From: Chiloscyllium plagiosum
Lineage: Eukaryota
Length of the DNA: 57,278 bases
Reading direction: 5' to 3'
NCBI RefSeq assembly: GCF_004010195.1
Contig: NC_057755.1
Coordinates: forward strand, 10,621,280 to 10,678,557
A model generated the notes under the pieces. That model was not told where the DNA came from. It saw only the letters and a list, made by a program, of their open reading frames with translations, and made no database searches. Shown piece by piece: positions 13,309-26,707 of this stretch; the stretch's first letter is position 1; every line of letters begins with the position of its first letter. The position numbers were made by a program, and so were the translations under genes.

Positions 13309-13849
13309 CTGCAGCATTGATGTCAGGCACAGTATGCAGCAGTGGAGTCAGTTCCCGGCAGTAGCAGTGGGGTCAGGCCCAGGCTGCAGCAGTGGAGCCA
13401 GGCCCAGGCTGCAGCAGTGGAGTCAGGCCCAGGCTGCAGCAGTGGAGTCAGGCCCAGGCTGCAGCAGTGGAGTCAGGCCCAGGCCGCAGCACTGGAGTCA
13501 GGCCCAGGCATCAGTGATGGAGTCAGGCCCAGACTGCAGCTGAGTAGTCAGGCCCAGGCTGCAGCAGAGGAGTCAGGCCCAGGCTGCAGCAGAGAAGTCA
13601 GGCCCAGGCTGCAGCAGTGGAGTCAGGCCCAGGCAGCAGCGGTGGAGTTTGTCCAGGCTGCAGCAGTGCGTCAGGCCCAGGGTGCAGCAGTCGAGTCACG
13701 CCCAGGGTGCAGCAGTGGAGTCAGGCTCAGGGTGCTGCAGTGGATTCAAGCCCAGGCTGCAGCAGTGGATTCAGGGCCAGGCAGCAGCTGTGGGGTCACA
13801 TCCAGGCTGCAGAAGTGGGTTCAGGTCCCTGCAGCAGCAGTGGAGTCAC

Positions 13850-14490
13850 ACCCTTACAGACACACACTCCCAAACTCACAAATGCTCCCCCTCACAGACT
13901 TAAGATACTCTACACTCACTACACGCACACGCACACTTTCACTCATTCACAACCCCCAACCCAGACAGACACACGCACACAGACAGACAAAGTCCCACAA
14001 GCACACATATATTTTGTGGGGTGAATTTGTACTTGCAGGATTACATTGTACTTTGCCCAAAAACTGCATGCATTCATGTAGAACTCTGAGCTGAAAAACT
14101 GCATGAAATCATGTAAACTCTGTGATCTCACATTTTAGATTAGAATCAATCTAAACATCATGGCATAGACAGAGAACAAAAGGGGCCAACACCTTCAACA
14201 TATTGTCTAGCTCTCACCATTGTTAACAGCTAACCTGAGAATGCAACTTTTTCAAAAAAAGGTTTTGTGATTTACACATGAAAGAAGTGAAACTATCATG
14301 GTATTTGAACAGATGAAAGGTTTAACAGACAATCAATTTTTCAATGTTTAATTTCAGTTACATCACACTGTAAATTTTTGCTAGAAATTCTGTGTGTTCG
14401 GATTGAGCCCTCCACTATCATCTGATGAAAACAGTATGCTTCCAATTAAACCTGTTGGACTATAACGTGGTGTTGTGGGATTTTTAACTG
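13850..14490 (+). mobile_element. Penelope-like element 3' region
   Basis: CA-rich stretch, then a body ending tctgatgaaa...aaacctgttggactataacgtggtgttgtgggatttttaac. Confidence 0.7.
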
Positions 14491-14970
14491 AGTGGAAGAA
14501 TGCTTTAAAAAAAAGGACAACATAACCCTGTTAAAGGAACTGCATCGCCTCACCACCCCCCTCTAAAAACATGAACCATCCATATCCAGAGATGGCTTCG
14601 TTTGAAAATCCCTTAATCAAAACGTGTTAGGACACTCCAACACCCGCATACATTTCATTGATTATAAGCATGCAAACATGCACTACTACATTCTTTTCCA
14701 GTCTGTTTTACTCCTGCCGCTGACAAGTCTTGACAATGCATCGGCAGTCATATTTTCTCGTCCTGCCACATGCACAATTTTTAAACTGAATGGCTGTAAC
14801 AACATGCTCCACCAAAACAGTCTGGATATTTTGTCCTTATATTTCTCCACAAACTTCAATGGTTCACGGTGAGTTTATGTGATTATCTCAGACACGTCAC
14901 TCGTAGCATACGCGTCAAAATGTTATAGGGCCAACACCAAGCTCAAAGTGCCCTACACAACTGTCAAACA
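14490..14970 (-). mobile_element. Gypsy RNase H fragment, polypurine tract and LTR start (duplicated at ~27840-28330)
   Basis: Minus strand reads ..LLQPFSLKIVHVAGRENMTADALSRL, homologous to 26440-26535; followed by a gggggg tract and an LTR-like start. Confidence 0.8.
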
Positions 14971-15471
14971 TTTCTACTGAATTTGGACTGGAGCATGATC
15001 TGTTAATCTGTTAGTAATCACCTGAATTAGTAATTACTGGACTGCATTGCTACCTCTCTTGGCACTGAGTGCCAGCTATGACTGTGCATTTGCCAATGAC
15101 AGAAAGAAGTTCAGATGCTGGAGCTCTGAAAGAAGCAAAAAAAAAACCGGAAATGGCTGGAGAATCTCGTTTCATTTTTTGAGAGAAAGCATTCCACCTC
15201 CTCCTGGCCATAACAAAAAACAATTTGTGAGACTGTTGGTCAGAAAGCAACAATAATTCAGTATGGCTTATTCCCTGTGACTGTCAATTCAGTCATGATT
15301 CACATATACCTTTTCCCATACTCTGACTGTTCCGACAATGCCCAACTGGAAAACAAAGGCATATGTATTTGCTTGGAATCATTGCTCCACATTGGATGAG
15401 CATCATAACACAGAAAATACCCTTTGGACCATCTCGTCTACACCAAGGAGAAAGACCAATAAAGGGTTTTT

Positions 15472-16995
15472 CATAGAGTCATAGAGTCATAGAGATGTAC
15501 GACACGGAAACAGACCCTTCAGTCCAACCCGTCCATGCCGACCAGATATCCCAACCCAATCTAGTCCCACCTGCCAGCACCCGGCCCATATCCTTCCAAA
15601 CCCTTCCTATTCATATACCCATCCAAATGCCTCTTTAATGTTGCACTGTACCAGCCTGCACCACTTCCCCTGGCAGCTCATTCCATACATGTACGACCTT
15701 CTGCGTGGAAAAGTTGCCCCTTAAGTCTCTTTTATACCTTTCCTCGCACCTTAAACCTATGCCCTCTAGTTCTGGACTCACTCACCCAGGGAAAAGACTT
15801 TGTCTATTTATCCTATCCATGCCCCTCATAATTTTGCAAACCTCTATAAGGTCACTCCTCAGCCACTGACACTCCAGGGAAAATAGCCACAGCCTGTTTA
15901 GCCTCTCCCTATAGCTCAAATCGTCCAACCCTGGCAACATCCTTGTAAATCTTTTCTGAACCCTGTCGAGTTTTTCGACATCCTTCTGGTTGGAAGGAGA
16001 CCAGAATTGCATGCAATATTCCAAAAGGGGCATAAACAATATCCTGTACAACCACAGCATGACCTCCCAACTCCTGTACTCAATACTCTGACCAATAAAG
16101 GAAAGCATACCAAATGTCTTCTTCACTATCCTATTGATACGTGAATCCACTTTCAAGAAGCTATGAACCTGCACTCCAAGATCTCTTTCTAAAGCAACAC
16201 TCCTGAGGAACTTACCATTAAGGATATAAGTCTGCTAAGATTTATTTTCCCAAAATGCAGCCCCTTACATTTATCTAAATTCAATTCCATGTGCCACCTC
16301 TCAGCCCATTGGCCCATTTTTAGATTAGATTACTTACAGTGTGGAAAGAGGTCCTTCAGCCCAACAAGTCCACACCGACTCTCCAAAGAGCAACCCATCC
16401 CTCTAAATTTACCCCTTCACCTAATACTACGGGCAATTTATCATGGCCAATTCGCCTAACCTGCACATCTTTGGACTGTGGGAGGAAATCAGAGCACCCA
16501 GAGAAAACCCACGCAGGGAATGTGGAAACTCCACACAGACAGTTGCCTGAGGCGAGAATTGAACCTGGGTCTCTGGCACTTTGAGGCAGCAGTGCTAACC
16601 ACTGTGCCACCATGCCACCCAAGATCACGACCCTGTTTTAATCTGATGTACCCATCTTCGCTGTTCATTACACCTCCAATTTTGGTGTCAGCTGCAAGCT
16701 TACTAACTATACCTCTTATGCTCACATCCAAATGATTTATATAAATGACGAAAGGTAGTGGACCCAGCACTGATCCTGTGGCACTCCACTGGTCACAGGC
16801 CTCCAATCTGAAAAGCAAACTTCTACTACCATCCTCTGTCTTTTATTTGTGAGCCAGTTCTGTATCCAAATGGCTAGTTCTCCCTGTATTCCACGAGATC
16901 TAACCTTGCTCACCAGTCTTCCATGGGGAACCTTGCCGAATACCTTATTGAAGTCCATATAGGTCATGTCCCCTGCTCTGCCCTCATCAGATACT
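15472..16995 (-). mobile_element. 5'-truncated CR1 LINE with nested SINE
   Basis: Minus ORFs 15782..16174 and 16737..17087 (YMDFNKVFGKVPH, RT); (TCATAGAG)n tail on the + strand. Confidence 0.93.
16318..16621 (-). mobile_element. HE1-like SINE nested in CR1
   Basis: Head gggtggcatggtggcacagtggttagcactgctgcc and (TAATC)n tail. Confidence 0.9.
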
Positions 16996-18599
16996 AGCTT
17001 GTAAGGCATGCTAAATCTAGGCTGATATAAGTCATTTTTACCTACTTCCAAAAAATACACCAACACCCTCATGATATTTGAGAACAATGGCTGTCACAGA
17101 GATCATGATGAAACTTTAACTGTGACAAATTTCACTTGCTTACCAAGCAGAAACATGTCATAGGGAACCTTGTCTCCGAGGCCTAAAGAAAAGATTGCTT
17201 TAACAGGAGAAAGATACATGGACAAAAAAAGCAGAAGGCAGAGTAATATTGCAGAGTGATCAAGATAGCTTTGGCTGGGAAATTTGGGCTCCTTCATTCA
17301 TTTTAAAATATGTAACATTTTCAGACTGTTGAAAGCTAATAAAAGAAGATTGAATTATGTGAAAGAAAACTCAATCTCATCAACTGACGTATTAACTTCA
17401 GTAGTTTCATGTATATTTTTCTTTCGCACATCGTTTCAGTTAAGCTGTAAGTTGTTAAACTGCAAAGTGATCTCTGTCTCTTGCTATCTGTGAACTTTGA
17501 CAGTCTCTTAATAAATACACGTACACAGTCTCTTAATAAATATCCTAAAGTTAAGGATTCATGATTAATGCTGCCTGTAGACACTTAACAATTTGCTTCA
17601 GGTTAAATGACAAATGAAAGTGGAAAATAGTGCTTGGATATTTTAGCTGGTGTATTGGGTAAGAGACCAACATTGACCAAAAGGTTTTGATTGAGAAGAA
17701 TGTGCATATTAAAGTTGAGCTCAGTCAGGCAGTTACAGCAGGGAGCACTTGGGCTGATCTGGCTGAAGATCATCTTTATGACTGCATGATTGACTTTTAT
17801 GTTATTTAATGACTGATCTTTGTACAGGGTGTGTATTGCAAAACCTGAACCTCATTTATCCTGTTAATGTGAGACATCAATCATGCAACAGATTGGAATA
17901 CATGAAACATGAACCACATCGCAGCAATAATGTTTATTAGACAAAACAAAAATCCAAGCATAAGGCCTGGTGTTATAATGAAAGCTTTGTACCGGAATTT
18001 TGAAGAAATTAATTGAGACACCTTTTTTATGTTGACTGGCAACCTTAAATTTCATTCAATGGGACGAAACTTGCGCTGTCCAATTAGCATATTCTGCTGC
18101 AGTGGCTGTTGCTAATGATCAATTGTTGCTTTTACGTCGCAAAGAAAAGTGACCCTCTTTTTTACTCAGTGGTAGTGTTCCTGCCCGAGGACCACGGGTT
18201 CAAGTCTCACCTGCTCCAGACATGTGCAATGGCATATCTGAGCAGAATGATTAAAAAAAAGGTTAAACAACAAGAAAAGAAATTTAAGTTACAACCATCC
18301 AGCAAATAGCTAAGCTCTGTAACTGACACACAAAATGGGACACAACAAATATTTAAACATGAATACAATACAAACAGAAAGGCAATTCGATTCGAATCTA
18401 TTGCTCAGAGTGGAGGTGGCCTTCAGTTTCCAGTAACTAACAGTAGTTACTGATAAGCATGATTACGGATCACATCTGTTACATAATAACTAAATAGTAT
18501 GAGTTAGGGAGAGCCACATATCACCAGACACAAAGCAAAGTGGTTGAATCTGTTGTGTTGCGACTCTCGTCAACATCTAATGACAATAATTAAACTCAG

Positions 18600-19430
18600 T
18601 AAATCACCTGGTATCAACCGAAGCTCTTGGGTTTATCCTGAAAATCCCTCAATATCAAAGCTTTGCCAATGTTTGGAGAGCTGTCCCACAGACTCAGCAT
18701 AGAATCGCCTGCCATATTGATTAACATTGAATCTGACAGGCGCATTTGTAGATATAACCATTCCTGGGTATGTTTCTGCCCAGTGCCAGGATTGACCCTC
18801 CACGGGTAACGTGGAATCAGGATTGAGCTGCCCAGTGATTCCTCTTTGTGGACTCAGAGTCCAGTGAAATCTCATGGGCAAGGAAATCTTCTGCAAATGT
18901 CAGCCAACCAACCCCCGACTATACACCCCCCCCCCCCCCCCAGCCCTCAACCTGAGTCTGTACTTTTCTGTGTTGAACACCAGCTGGAGGGAGCATGAAG
19001 GGCTTGTGGAAGGGACTTCAATGTACATCAGCAAACGTAGTGAGGGAGGTACCACAATGAGGGGAGCTGTACAATGTCCAGGCCACACAAGCTGCCAGTG
19101 AAATTTATTGAGAGGAAAAAAGAAGAGGGAGAAATCGACTTTACCCAGCTCATATGAACGTAGCTGTCACTGTTACATCCAGGGAAGTGTTGGTTGGTGT
19201 GGAGCGCCAACATATCTAGAACAGTACAGGTTGGTGTGGAGCACTGTACTGCCCTTTGGACAATGATAACAAGTCTTCACATTAACCATTCACTCTGGAA
19301 AATTTGCATCACTCCCACCATGATAATTAGGACAAGTCTTCAACAGGTCAGTCAGCTCGAGCCTGGACATCATGAGGGGCTTGGACTGTCATCAGCAGCA
19401 GACCAGCAATCAATCCCACACTATCACTTC
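18600..19430 (+). mobile_element. Ancient LINE APE-endonuclease remnant (also ~10500-10790 and ~32270-33095)
   Basis: Broken-frame motifs resembling GELSHRL, TIPGYV and GDFNV(H)H of CR1/L2-group endonucleases. Confidence 0.65.
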
Positions 19431-20981
19431 TAAATTTCAGATGGTGCCTTTCGTTTGAGAATCTCCAACTATCGGAAATAGTTTATCTTTATCCACCCTA
19501 TTCATTAGGTGAAGGAGAAGTGGCTGAAAGCCTGTGAAATCAAACAGACCCGTTGGACTATAAACTGGTGTTGTATGACTCCTGAGTTTGTCCACCCCAG
19601 TCTAACACCGACACCTCCACCTTATGACAAGAGGGAGTGAAAGAGGTTGGTACAATTACAACATTTAAAAGCCAGTTGGACAGCTATTTTGGAAAGAAAG
19701 ATTGAGAGGGATGTGAACCAAACACAGACTAATGGAACTGGTTCAGGTCAGGAGACTTGTTTGGCCTGGATGGGATGGGCCGCAGGTCTTGTTTCCATAC
19801 TGTATGTCTCTAACTCTGTTAGCTGGTGATCAGTCACTACTCTGTTTCATGACAGAGCAGGCTCAAAGGGTTGAATGGCCTCCACTTGCTCCTGTGTTAC
19901 CCACCATGTTTATTGTCACCCTCTTTATTTGTTTGGTCATCTTTCATTAATTATTAACACTTTCTCAATGCCCAGCTTGATGTTTGTACAATTTTTAAAA
20001 ATATCATTCTCATTTGACGGTTAGTTCTTTGACCCTTCTTTAACCATCAAGTTAACTTTCAAGTTTCATTAACCATCTGCTATTGTTCCTCACTGTCTTT
20101 TGTGCTAAAATCCTTTCCCAGGCCATTCCATCTAACTCTAATTGTGTTTCTTTAAATTACACTCAATAAATTTTAACATAATTGTTTCGAAACCCCATTT
20201 CTCGCTCTGGAACTGAGTGTTAAATTTGAACTATGTTACAGTCACTGTATTCTGGGCTACGTTTTACTCTATATTGATTTATTAAATGTAGCTTATTGCA
20301 CATTACTGGACCCAAAACAACCTAATCCCTGTATGTAAATGATGCAGGTAATTATCTCTGTGCTTTCGGCTGTATTGTAAATTGAGGAGATGATTGAAAT
20401 GTTGCCGTTGACTACCATATATTACATATAAAGAGAATGCATGTTTGTTTTGTGTTTTACTGAGTTGTGATAATCCAGATAAAACGCAGAACCAGGAAGT
20501 GCATGCTGTGGATTTTATCGCTGATCGGGTTGAAGGTCGTCTTTCTGACTGCGTTGTCGCATTTCCTGTTTCAGCGAAGGGAAAGGTGAGAGGGCTCTTT
20601 TACAAGAAATCTAAAACTTCAAAGAAGGTAAGTCCTGGATTGTATTCAGTCAAGTTACTTTGTTTAATTGCTCATCGTGGAGACAGCACCAATTATTATC
20701 ACTACCACTTGCAGAATTTGGCAGGTTTCGGTCTTTATGTAGACTTGAAGAGAGAATTTGTGAACTTTATTGTAATAGAAAGTGCATTGAGGACATAACC
20801 CATGAAAATTTGCAATGCAAAACATCTTATTGTCAGTTTCGATTCTGAAATTATGCAAAGCCAAAAATAATTGGAAGCAATGTGTTAGTTATGCTACGTT
20901 TGTGTACAAATAGAGTCATACTTTTCCAAAGTATTGGTCTATTTTTTTGCTTCAGCTGCTTTTACTGGCATTTAATGCAAT

Positions 20982-23468
20982 TGGAGTCATTGAGATGTAC
21001 AACAATGAAACAGACCCTTCGGTCCAACCCGTCCATGCCGACCAGATGTCCCAATTCAGTCTAATCCCATCTGCCAGCATGCAGCCCATATCCCTCCAAA
21101 CAGTTCCTACTCATATACCCATGCAAATGCCTTTAAAATGTTGCAATTTTGAACCAGCCTCCACCACTTCCTCTGGCAGTTCATTCCATACACATACCAT
21201 CCTCTGTGTGAAACAGTTGCCCCTTAGGTCTCTTTTATATCTTTCCCCTTTCACCCTGAACCTATGCCCTCTAGTTCTGGACTCCCCGACCCCAGGGAAA
21301 AAACTTTGTCTGGTTACCCTATCCATGTCCCTCATAATTTGTAAACCACTATAAGGTCTCCCATCAGCCTCCGACGCTCCAGAGAAAACAGCCTCAGCCT
21401 GTTCAGCTTCTCCCTATAGCTCAGATCCTCCAACCCTGGCAAGATCCTTGTAAATCTTTTCTGAACCCTTTCAAGTTTCACAATATCTTTCCGATAGGAA
21501 GAAGACCACAATTGTACGCAATATTCCTACAGTGGCCTAACCAATATCCTGTGCAGCCACAACATGTCCTCCTAACGCCTGCACTCAATACTCTGGCCTG
21601 TAAAGGAAAGCATACCAAACACCTTCTTAGCTATCCTATCTACTTGCGGCTCCACTTTCAAGGAGCTATGAACCTGTACTCCAAGGTCTCTTTGTTCAGC
21701 AACACTCCCTAGGACCTTACCATTAAGTGTATAAGTCCTGCTAAGATTTGCTTTCCCAAAATGCAACACCTTGCATTTATCTGAATTAAACTTCATCTGC
21801 CACTTCTCAGCCCATTGGCCCATCTGGTCCAGATCCTGTTATAATCTGAGGTAACTCTCTTCGCTGTCCACTACACCTCCAATTTTGGTGTCATCTCCAA
21901 ACTTACTAACTGTACCTCTTATGCTTGCATCCAAATCATTTATGTAAATAACAAGAAGTTGAGGACACAGCACAGATCCTTGTGGCACTCCACTGGTCAC
22001 AGGCCTCCTGTTTGAATAACAACCCTCTACCACCACCCTCTGTCTTCTACCTTTGAGCCAGTTCTGTATCCAAATGGCTAGTTCTCCCTGTATTCCATGA
22101 GATCTAACCCTGCTAATCAGTCTCCCATGGGGAACCTTGTCGAACGCCTTACTGAAAGTCCATATAGATCACATCTACTGCTCTACCCTCATCAATCCTC
22201 TTTGTTACTTCCTCAAAAAAACTCAATCAAGTTTGTGAGACATGATTTCCCACGCACAAAGCCATGTTGACTATCCCTAATCAGTCCTTCCCTTTCCAAA
22301 TACATGAACATCCTGTCCCTCAGGATTCTCTCCAAAACTTGCCCACCACCAACGTCAGGCTCACTGATCTTTAGTTCCGTGGCCTGTCCTTACCACCCTT
22401 CTTAAACAGTGGCACCATGTTTGGCAACTTCCAGAATTCCAGTACCTCACCTGTGACTATCGATGATACAAATATCTCAACAAGATGCCCAGCAATCACT
22501 TCTCTAGCTTCCCACAGAGTTCGTGGGTACACCTAATCAGGTCCTGGGGATTTATCCACCTTTATGCGTTTAAAGACATCCAGCACTTCCTCCTTTAATA
22601 TGGATATTTTGCAAGATGTCACCATCTATTTCCCTACAGCCTATATCATCCATATCCTTTTCCACAGTAAATACTGATGCACAATACTTGTTTACTATCT
22701 ACCCCATTTACAGTGGTTCCACATAAAGGCCTCCTTATTGATCTTTGAGGGCCCCTATTTTCTCCCTAGTTACCCTTTTGTCCTTAATGTATGTAGAAAC
22801 CCTTTGGATTCTCCTTAATTCTATTTTCCAAAGCGATCTCATGTCCCCTCCTGATTGCCCTCTTAAATATACCGCTACTATCTTTGTACTCTTCTAAGGA
22901 TTCATTCGATCTATCCTGTCTATACCTTACATATGCTTTCTTCTTTTTCTTATTCAAACCTTCAATTTCTTTGGTAATCCAGCATTCCCTACATCTACCA
23001 GCCTTCTCTTTGACCCTGACAGGAATATACTTTCTCTGGATTCTCGTTATCTCATTTCTGAAGGATTCCCATTTTCCAGCCGTCCCTTTACCTGTGAACA
23101 TCTGCCCCAAATCAGCTTTTGAAATTTCTTACCTAATACAATCAAAAAATGGCTTTCTCTAAGTTAGAACTTCAACTTTTAGATCTGGTCTATCCTTTTC
23201 CATCACTATTTAAAACGAATAGAATTATGGTCGCTGGCCCCAAAGTGCTCCCCCACTGACACCTCCGTCACCTGCCCTGCCTTATTTCCTAAGAGTAGGT
23301 CACGGTTTGCACCTTCTCTAGTAGGTACATCCACATAGTAAATCAGAAAATTTTCTTATGCACACTTAACAATTTCCTCTCCATCTAAACCCTTAACACT
23401 ATGGCAGTCCCAGTCTATGTTTGGAAAGTTAAAATCCCCTCCCATAATCACCCTATTATTCTTACAGG
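20982..23468 (-). mobile_element. 2.5-kb CR1 LINE (endonuclease end through RT to tail), specific to duplication copy 1
   Basis: Minus ORFs with GDFNFPNIDW, GVPQGSVL and FGDDTKIGG; (TCAATGAC)-type tail. The equivalent site near 35490 is empty. Confidence 0.95.
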
Positions 23469-23614
23469 TTGAACAGGAGAAGCTGTCTGTGATATCAATT
23501 GAAACAATACTACTGGGCCGAAGTGAAATATATTCCTCTAGAATTGAAAGGAAAAAGATCTCAAATTGTGACTGCATTTGATATTTTTGATAAAGAGATA
23601 GATTAGTTCTTGAT

Positions 23615-24192
23615 TGGGCTATGAAGTTGAAGATTAGATTGGTGCTGGAAAAACACAGCAGTTCAGGCAGCATCCGAGGAGCAGTAAAATTGACGTTTCG
23701 GGCAAAAGCCCTTAATTAGGAATGAAGTTGAAGGAATGTACTGTACCTTTAAAGGAGAGCAGCTGCCATCAAATAGATCTAAGAAATTAGGAAAAACTGT
23801 CTGGCAAAGATATCATTTCTTGTGAAACATATTCACAGAAAGAAACGGTGGCTCAGGGAGATCTTCAGGCAGAAGAAGAAAGACACGGATGACGACAGTG
23901 GCTGTGTGGTTTTGAAACTAAGCTGATGTAATTTTAATAAATATCTTATTCGAACAACATATTGTTATAGAGTTGGAGGCACTAAGGCAGTTAAGAGAAA
24001 GGGGGTTTTGAGTTAAGAATCATTATTGTTTAATGTTCAATTTTAGAGTTAAAACATGTTATTTTCTTTAGATAGATGAAATAGATGAAATTCGGTAGTT
24101 CTCTGTCACTCATATTTAAACAGGTTGAGGTGAGTTGAGCTCTTCTCAATGTCTGGTTTAATTAACAGAAGGGTTCACTGCTGTGTCATAAA
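23615..24192 (+). mobile_element. Possible degenerate solo LTR
   Basis: LTR-like start (atgaag..tgtactgtacctttaaag) and end (gtgtcataa); termini are decayed. Confidence 0.4.
23633..23721 (-). mobile_element. Penelope-like terminal fragment
   Basis: 12-bp TSD atgaagttgaag (23621-23632, 23722-23733); gacgtttcgggcaaaagccctt core. Confidence 0.85.
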
Positions 24193-24349
24193 GATTGTCA
24201 GAGGGATAAATGCTTACAGGGAGAAAGTGGGAGAATGGAGTTGAGAAACTTATGATCCATGATTGAATGGCGGAGCAGACTTGAGAAGCTGGATTGCCTA
24301 ATTTCTGCTCCTATGTCTTATGGTCTTATGGTCTTACAATGGTCTTAAT

Positions 24350-26707
24350 TGCTTGCATAGGACTCCTAACTAACTCAAAAAGTGGGGATTAGTATTTGTT
24401 AACTATAATGGATGTGTCTAACAGTTTTCTAAACGACATTCCATTGCACATTATCACAGCTAAACGGATTTCAGACTCAAACTTTTCACTAGATATAGAC
24501 TACTCACAGAGACATAATGAGATCAAGGCTCCATTTTTGCTTTAAAATTATTCATGAAGCTATGTATAGCTTAGGAATTAAACAATTCAAATCCATCGTG
24601 TCCTTCTAGGATTGTAGTGACCATTAGATAAGGTGGCATCAAACTTTAAAGACCATGCAAATTGCTTAGAGTCAATGCTGGAGAGACGAATGGAAAAAAG
24701 AAATTTTGTTTGCACTATTTGCCAGTCGGGATGTGTCAAATGAGTCTACCAAATTCAGTCCTTTTGAATTCAGCTTTTTGGGCATGAGGTGAAAGAAACA
24801 TGAAATTGATTAAGAAGAAATTGATAAGTCAGAGTTTGAGACCACATATTGGACTATGTGTCAATTTTTTTTAATGCTTATAAAGTGGAGGAGTTGGCTA
24901 ATTAGCAATTAAAAAAATCACAGTACATAATAAAACAGGAAGCAGATAGAAAAACCAAAATTAGCAATGTTGCTACTGGCGATAACATGTTAGCGTTACT
25001 TCTAGTGATAGGTGTACTTATCGAACCAAAGGAGATTGAGTCATGAAAACTATTTGATCAGGACTCCAGATGGAAATAAATCACACAGAGTGTGTCCTGT
25101 GAATTTGCACAAAAGATATTTTTATAGGGAAGGAAAGTAAAAGAATGTGATTTTGATGTCAACACAGAGTGAAGAACCAACATAAGAGAATTCTGGATTC
25201 TGCATTCCTCAAATTAGATTGGGCAATGAGGATTTTCTCAGAAAGTCTGATAAATTATTGTGCTACGTTCCAGATGAAAATCAAGATGACCTGAAATTGT
25301 TGTTACAATTGTATGGAGAGATATGTGGGAATAAACTGGGAAGTACTAAATTAACTCTGCATGATATAGATATAACATACGCTGTTCCAATCAAACAGCA
25401 TCCTTATAGACTTAACCCTGTAATGTTGGTACATGCTCCAAAAGAGGTTGAGCACATGCTCAAAGATAATTTAATCAAAGCGAGTTACATTGACTAGAGC
25501 TTACACATAGTAATTGTGCCAAAACCAGACGGTACCTAACAATTATCTGTAGACTATTGCAAAGTCAATACATTTACAAAATCTGATTCATTGGAAGACT
25601 ATATTGAAATGGTGGGACAATCAACTTATATTACTAAGTTGGACCTACTCAGAGGATGCTGGCAGGTAAATTCGTTCAAAAGAGTGAAGACAATTTCAGC
25701 TTTCCTAACACCAAATGGACTATACTAATTTGTAGTCATGACAGGGAATGAAAAATGTGCCAGCCACATTTGAAAGACTAACGTATTAAATTGTTTCCAG
25801 ATTACCCAATTGTTTAATATACATAAATGGCCTGGTGATTTTTAGTCCCAGGTGGAAGGACTACAGCAATTATCAGAATTATTTGATTGACCTTGGGAGG
25901 CAGGTTTGGTGATAAACTTCACTCAGAATGAATTCGCCAAAGCCCAAGTCAATTTCCTGGACCATATTATTGTATATTGACAGATAGCCTCATGGAATGT
26001 GAAAACAAAGATTACTGGTGTGGATTTTCTTGAAAGTTGGCACTGAATTTCAGCAGTGTGGTTGCTCCACTGACTGACTTACTGAAGAAGTGTAGAAAAT
26101 TTCAGTGATGAAGGGCTGTCAAAAAGCAATTGACCACTGCCCCATTATGAGCCAAACCTAATTACGCAACCCCATTCAAGGTGGTTATCGATGCAATTGA
26201 TGTGGGATCGGTGCTGTACTCTTACAAGAACACAATGAGGAGATAGAAAGACCTATCACACATTTCTCAAGGAAATTGAGCATTTATCAACAAAATTATT
26301 CTACAATTGAGAAGGAGATCTTGATTTTGGCGTTGCAACATTTCAACATTTATATTGCCAGTAATATGACAGGGACAATGGTATGCACTGATTGTTACCC
26401 ATTAATATTTTTGGAGATATATAATGATAAATTTCCAGATGGTTTAGATGGAGCTGATTATTGTGCCCATTCAATTTGAAAATTATACACATGGCACGAC
26501 AAAAAATGTTATTGCTGACGCGTTGACACAACTTGAATGAAGCAATATGGAGGTGTGCGGTGCCAGGTATAAACAGACTGACATAGAATATAGTAGTGAA
26601 TGTTTGCATAGTTAAAATCAATACACATATATATGCCTGTTGTTGTGTGCTAACACAGTGAGACTCAGGGGTTTAAATCGATGGTTGTTTCTCTTTAAAG
26701 GGGGAGG
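24350..26707 (+). mobile_element. Degenerate Ty3/Gypsy pol remnant, order integrase - RT - RNase H (Gmr1-like)
   Basis: Integrase-like ~24430-24800 (IPL..ITAK, DQGS, LGIKQFKS, RWHQTLKTM); RT-like from ~25380 (VPIKQHPYRLNP); RNase H-like ~26180-26535 (YSTIEKE, ALQHFNIY, ADALT); PPT aaagggggagg. Confidence 0.85.

Larger units (their letters stand above)
10830..13850 (+). repeat. 25-bp minisatellite array, consensus GCAGCAGTGGAGTCAGGCCCAGGCT
   Basis: About 100 diverged tandem units; explains the periodic ORFs (VESGPGCSSGVRPRLQQWSQAQAAA). Confidence 0.97.
14475..23600 (+). repeat. Segmental duplication, copy 1
   Basis: Collinear with 27827-35600, including shared nested TEs. Confidence 0.95.

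Noticed and set aside
10632..14094. Repetitive Ser/Gly/Gln-rich protein gene (ORFs of 299 and 250 aa)
   Set aside because: By-product of a stop-free 25-bp unit; scattered stops, indels and PLE insertions, with no exon structure.
16550..16621. tRNA gene (also ~8650-8720, 29900-29973, 52130-52198)
   Set aside because: tRNA-derived SINE heads attached to SINE bodies, not complete cloverleafs.
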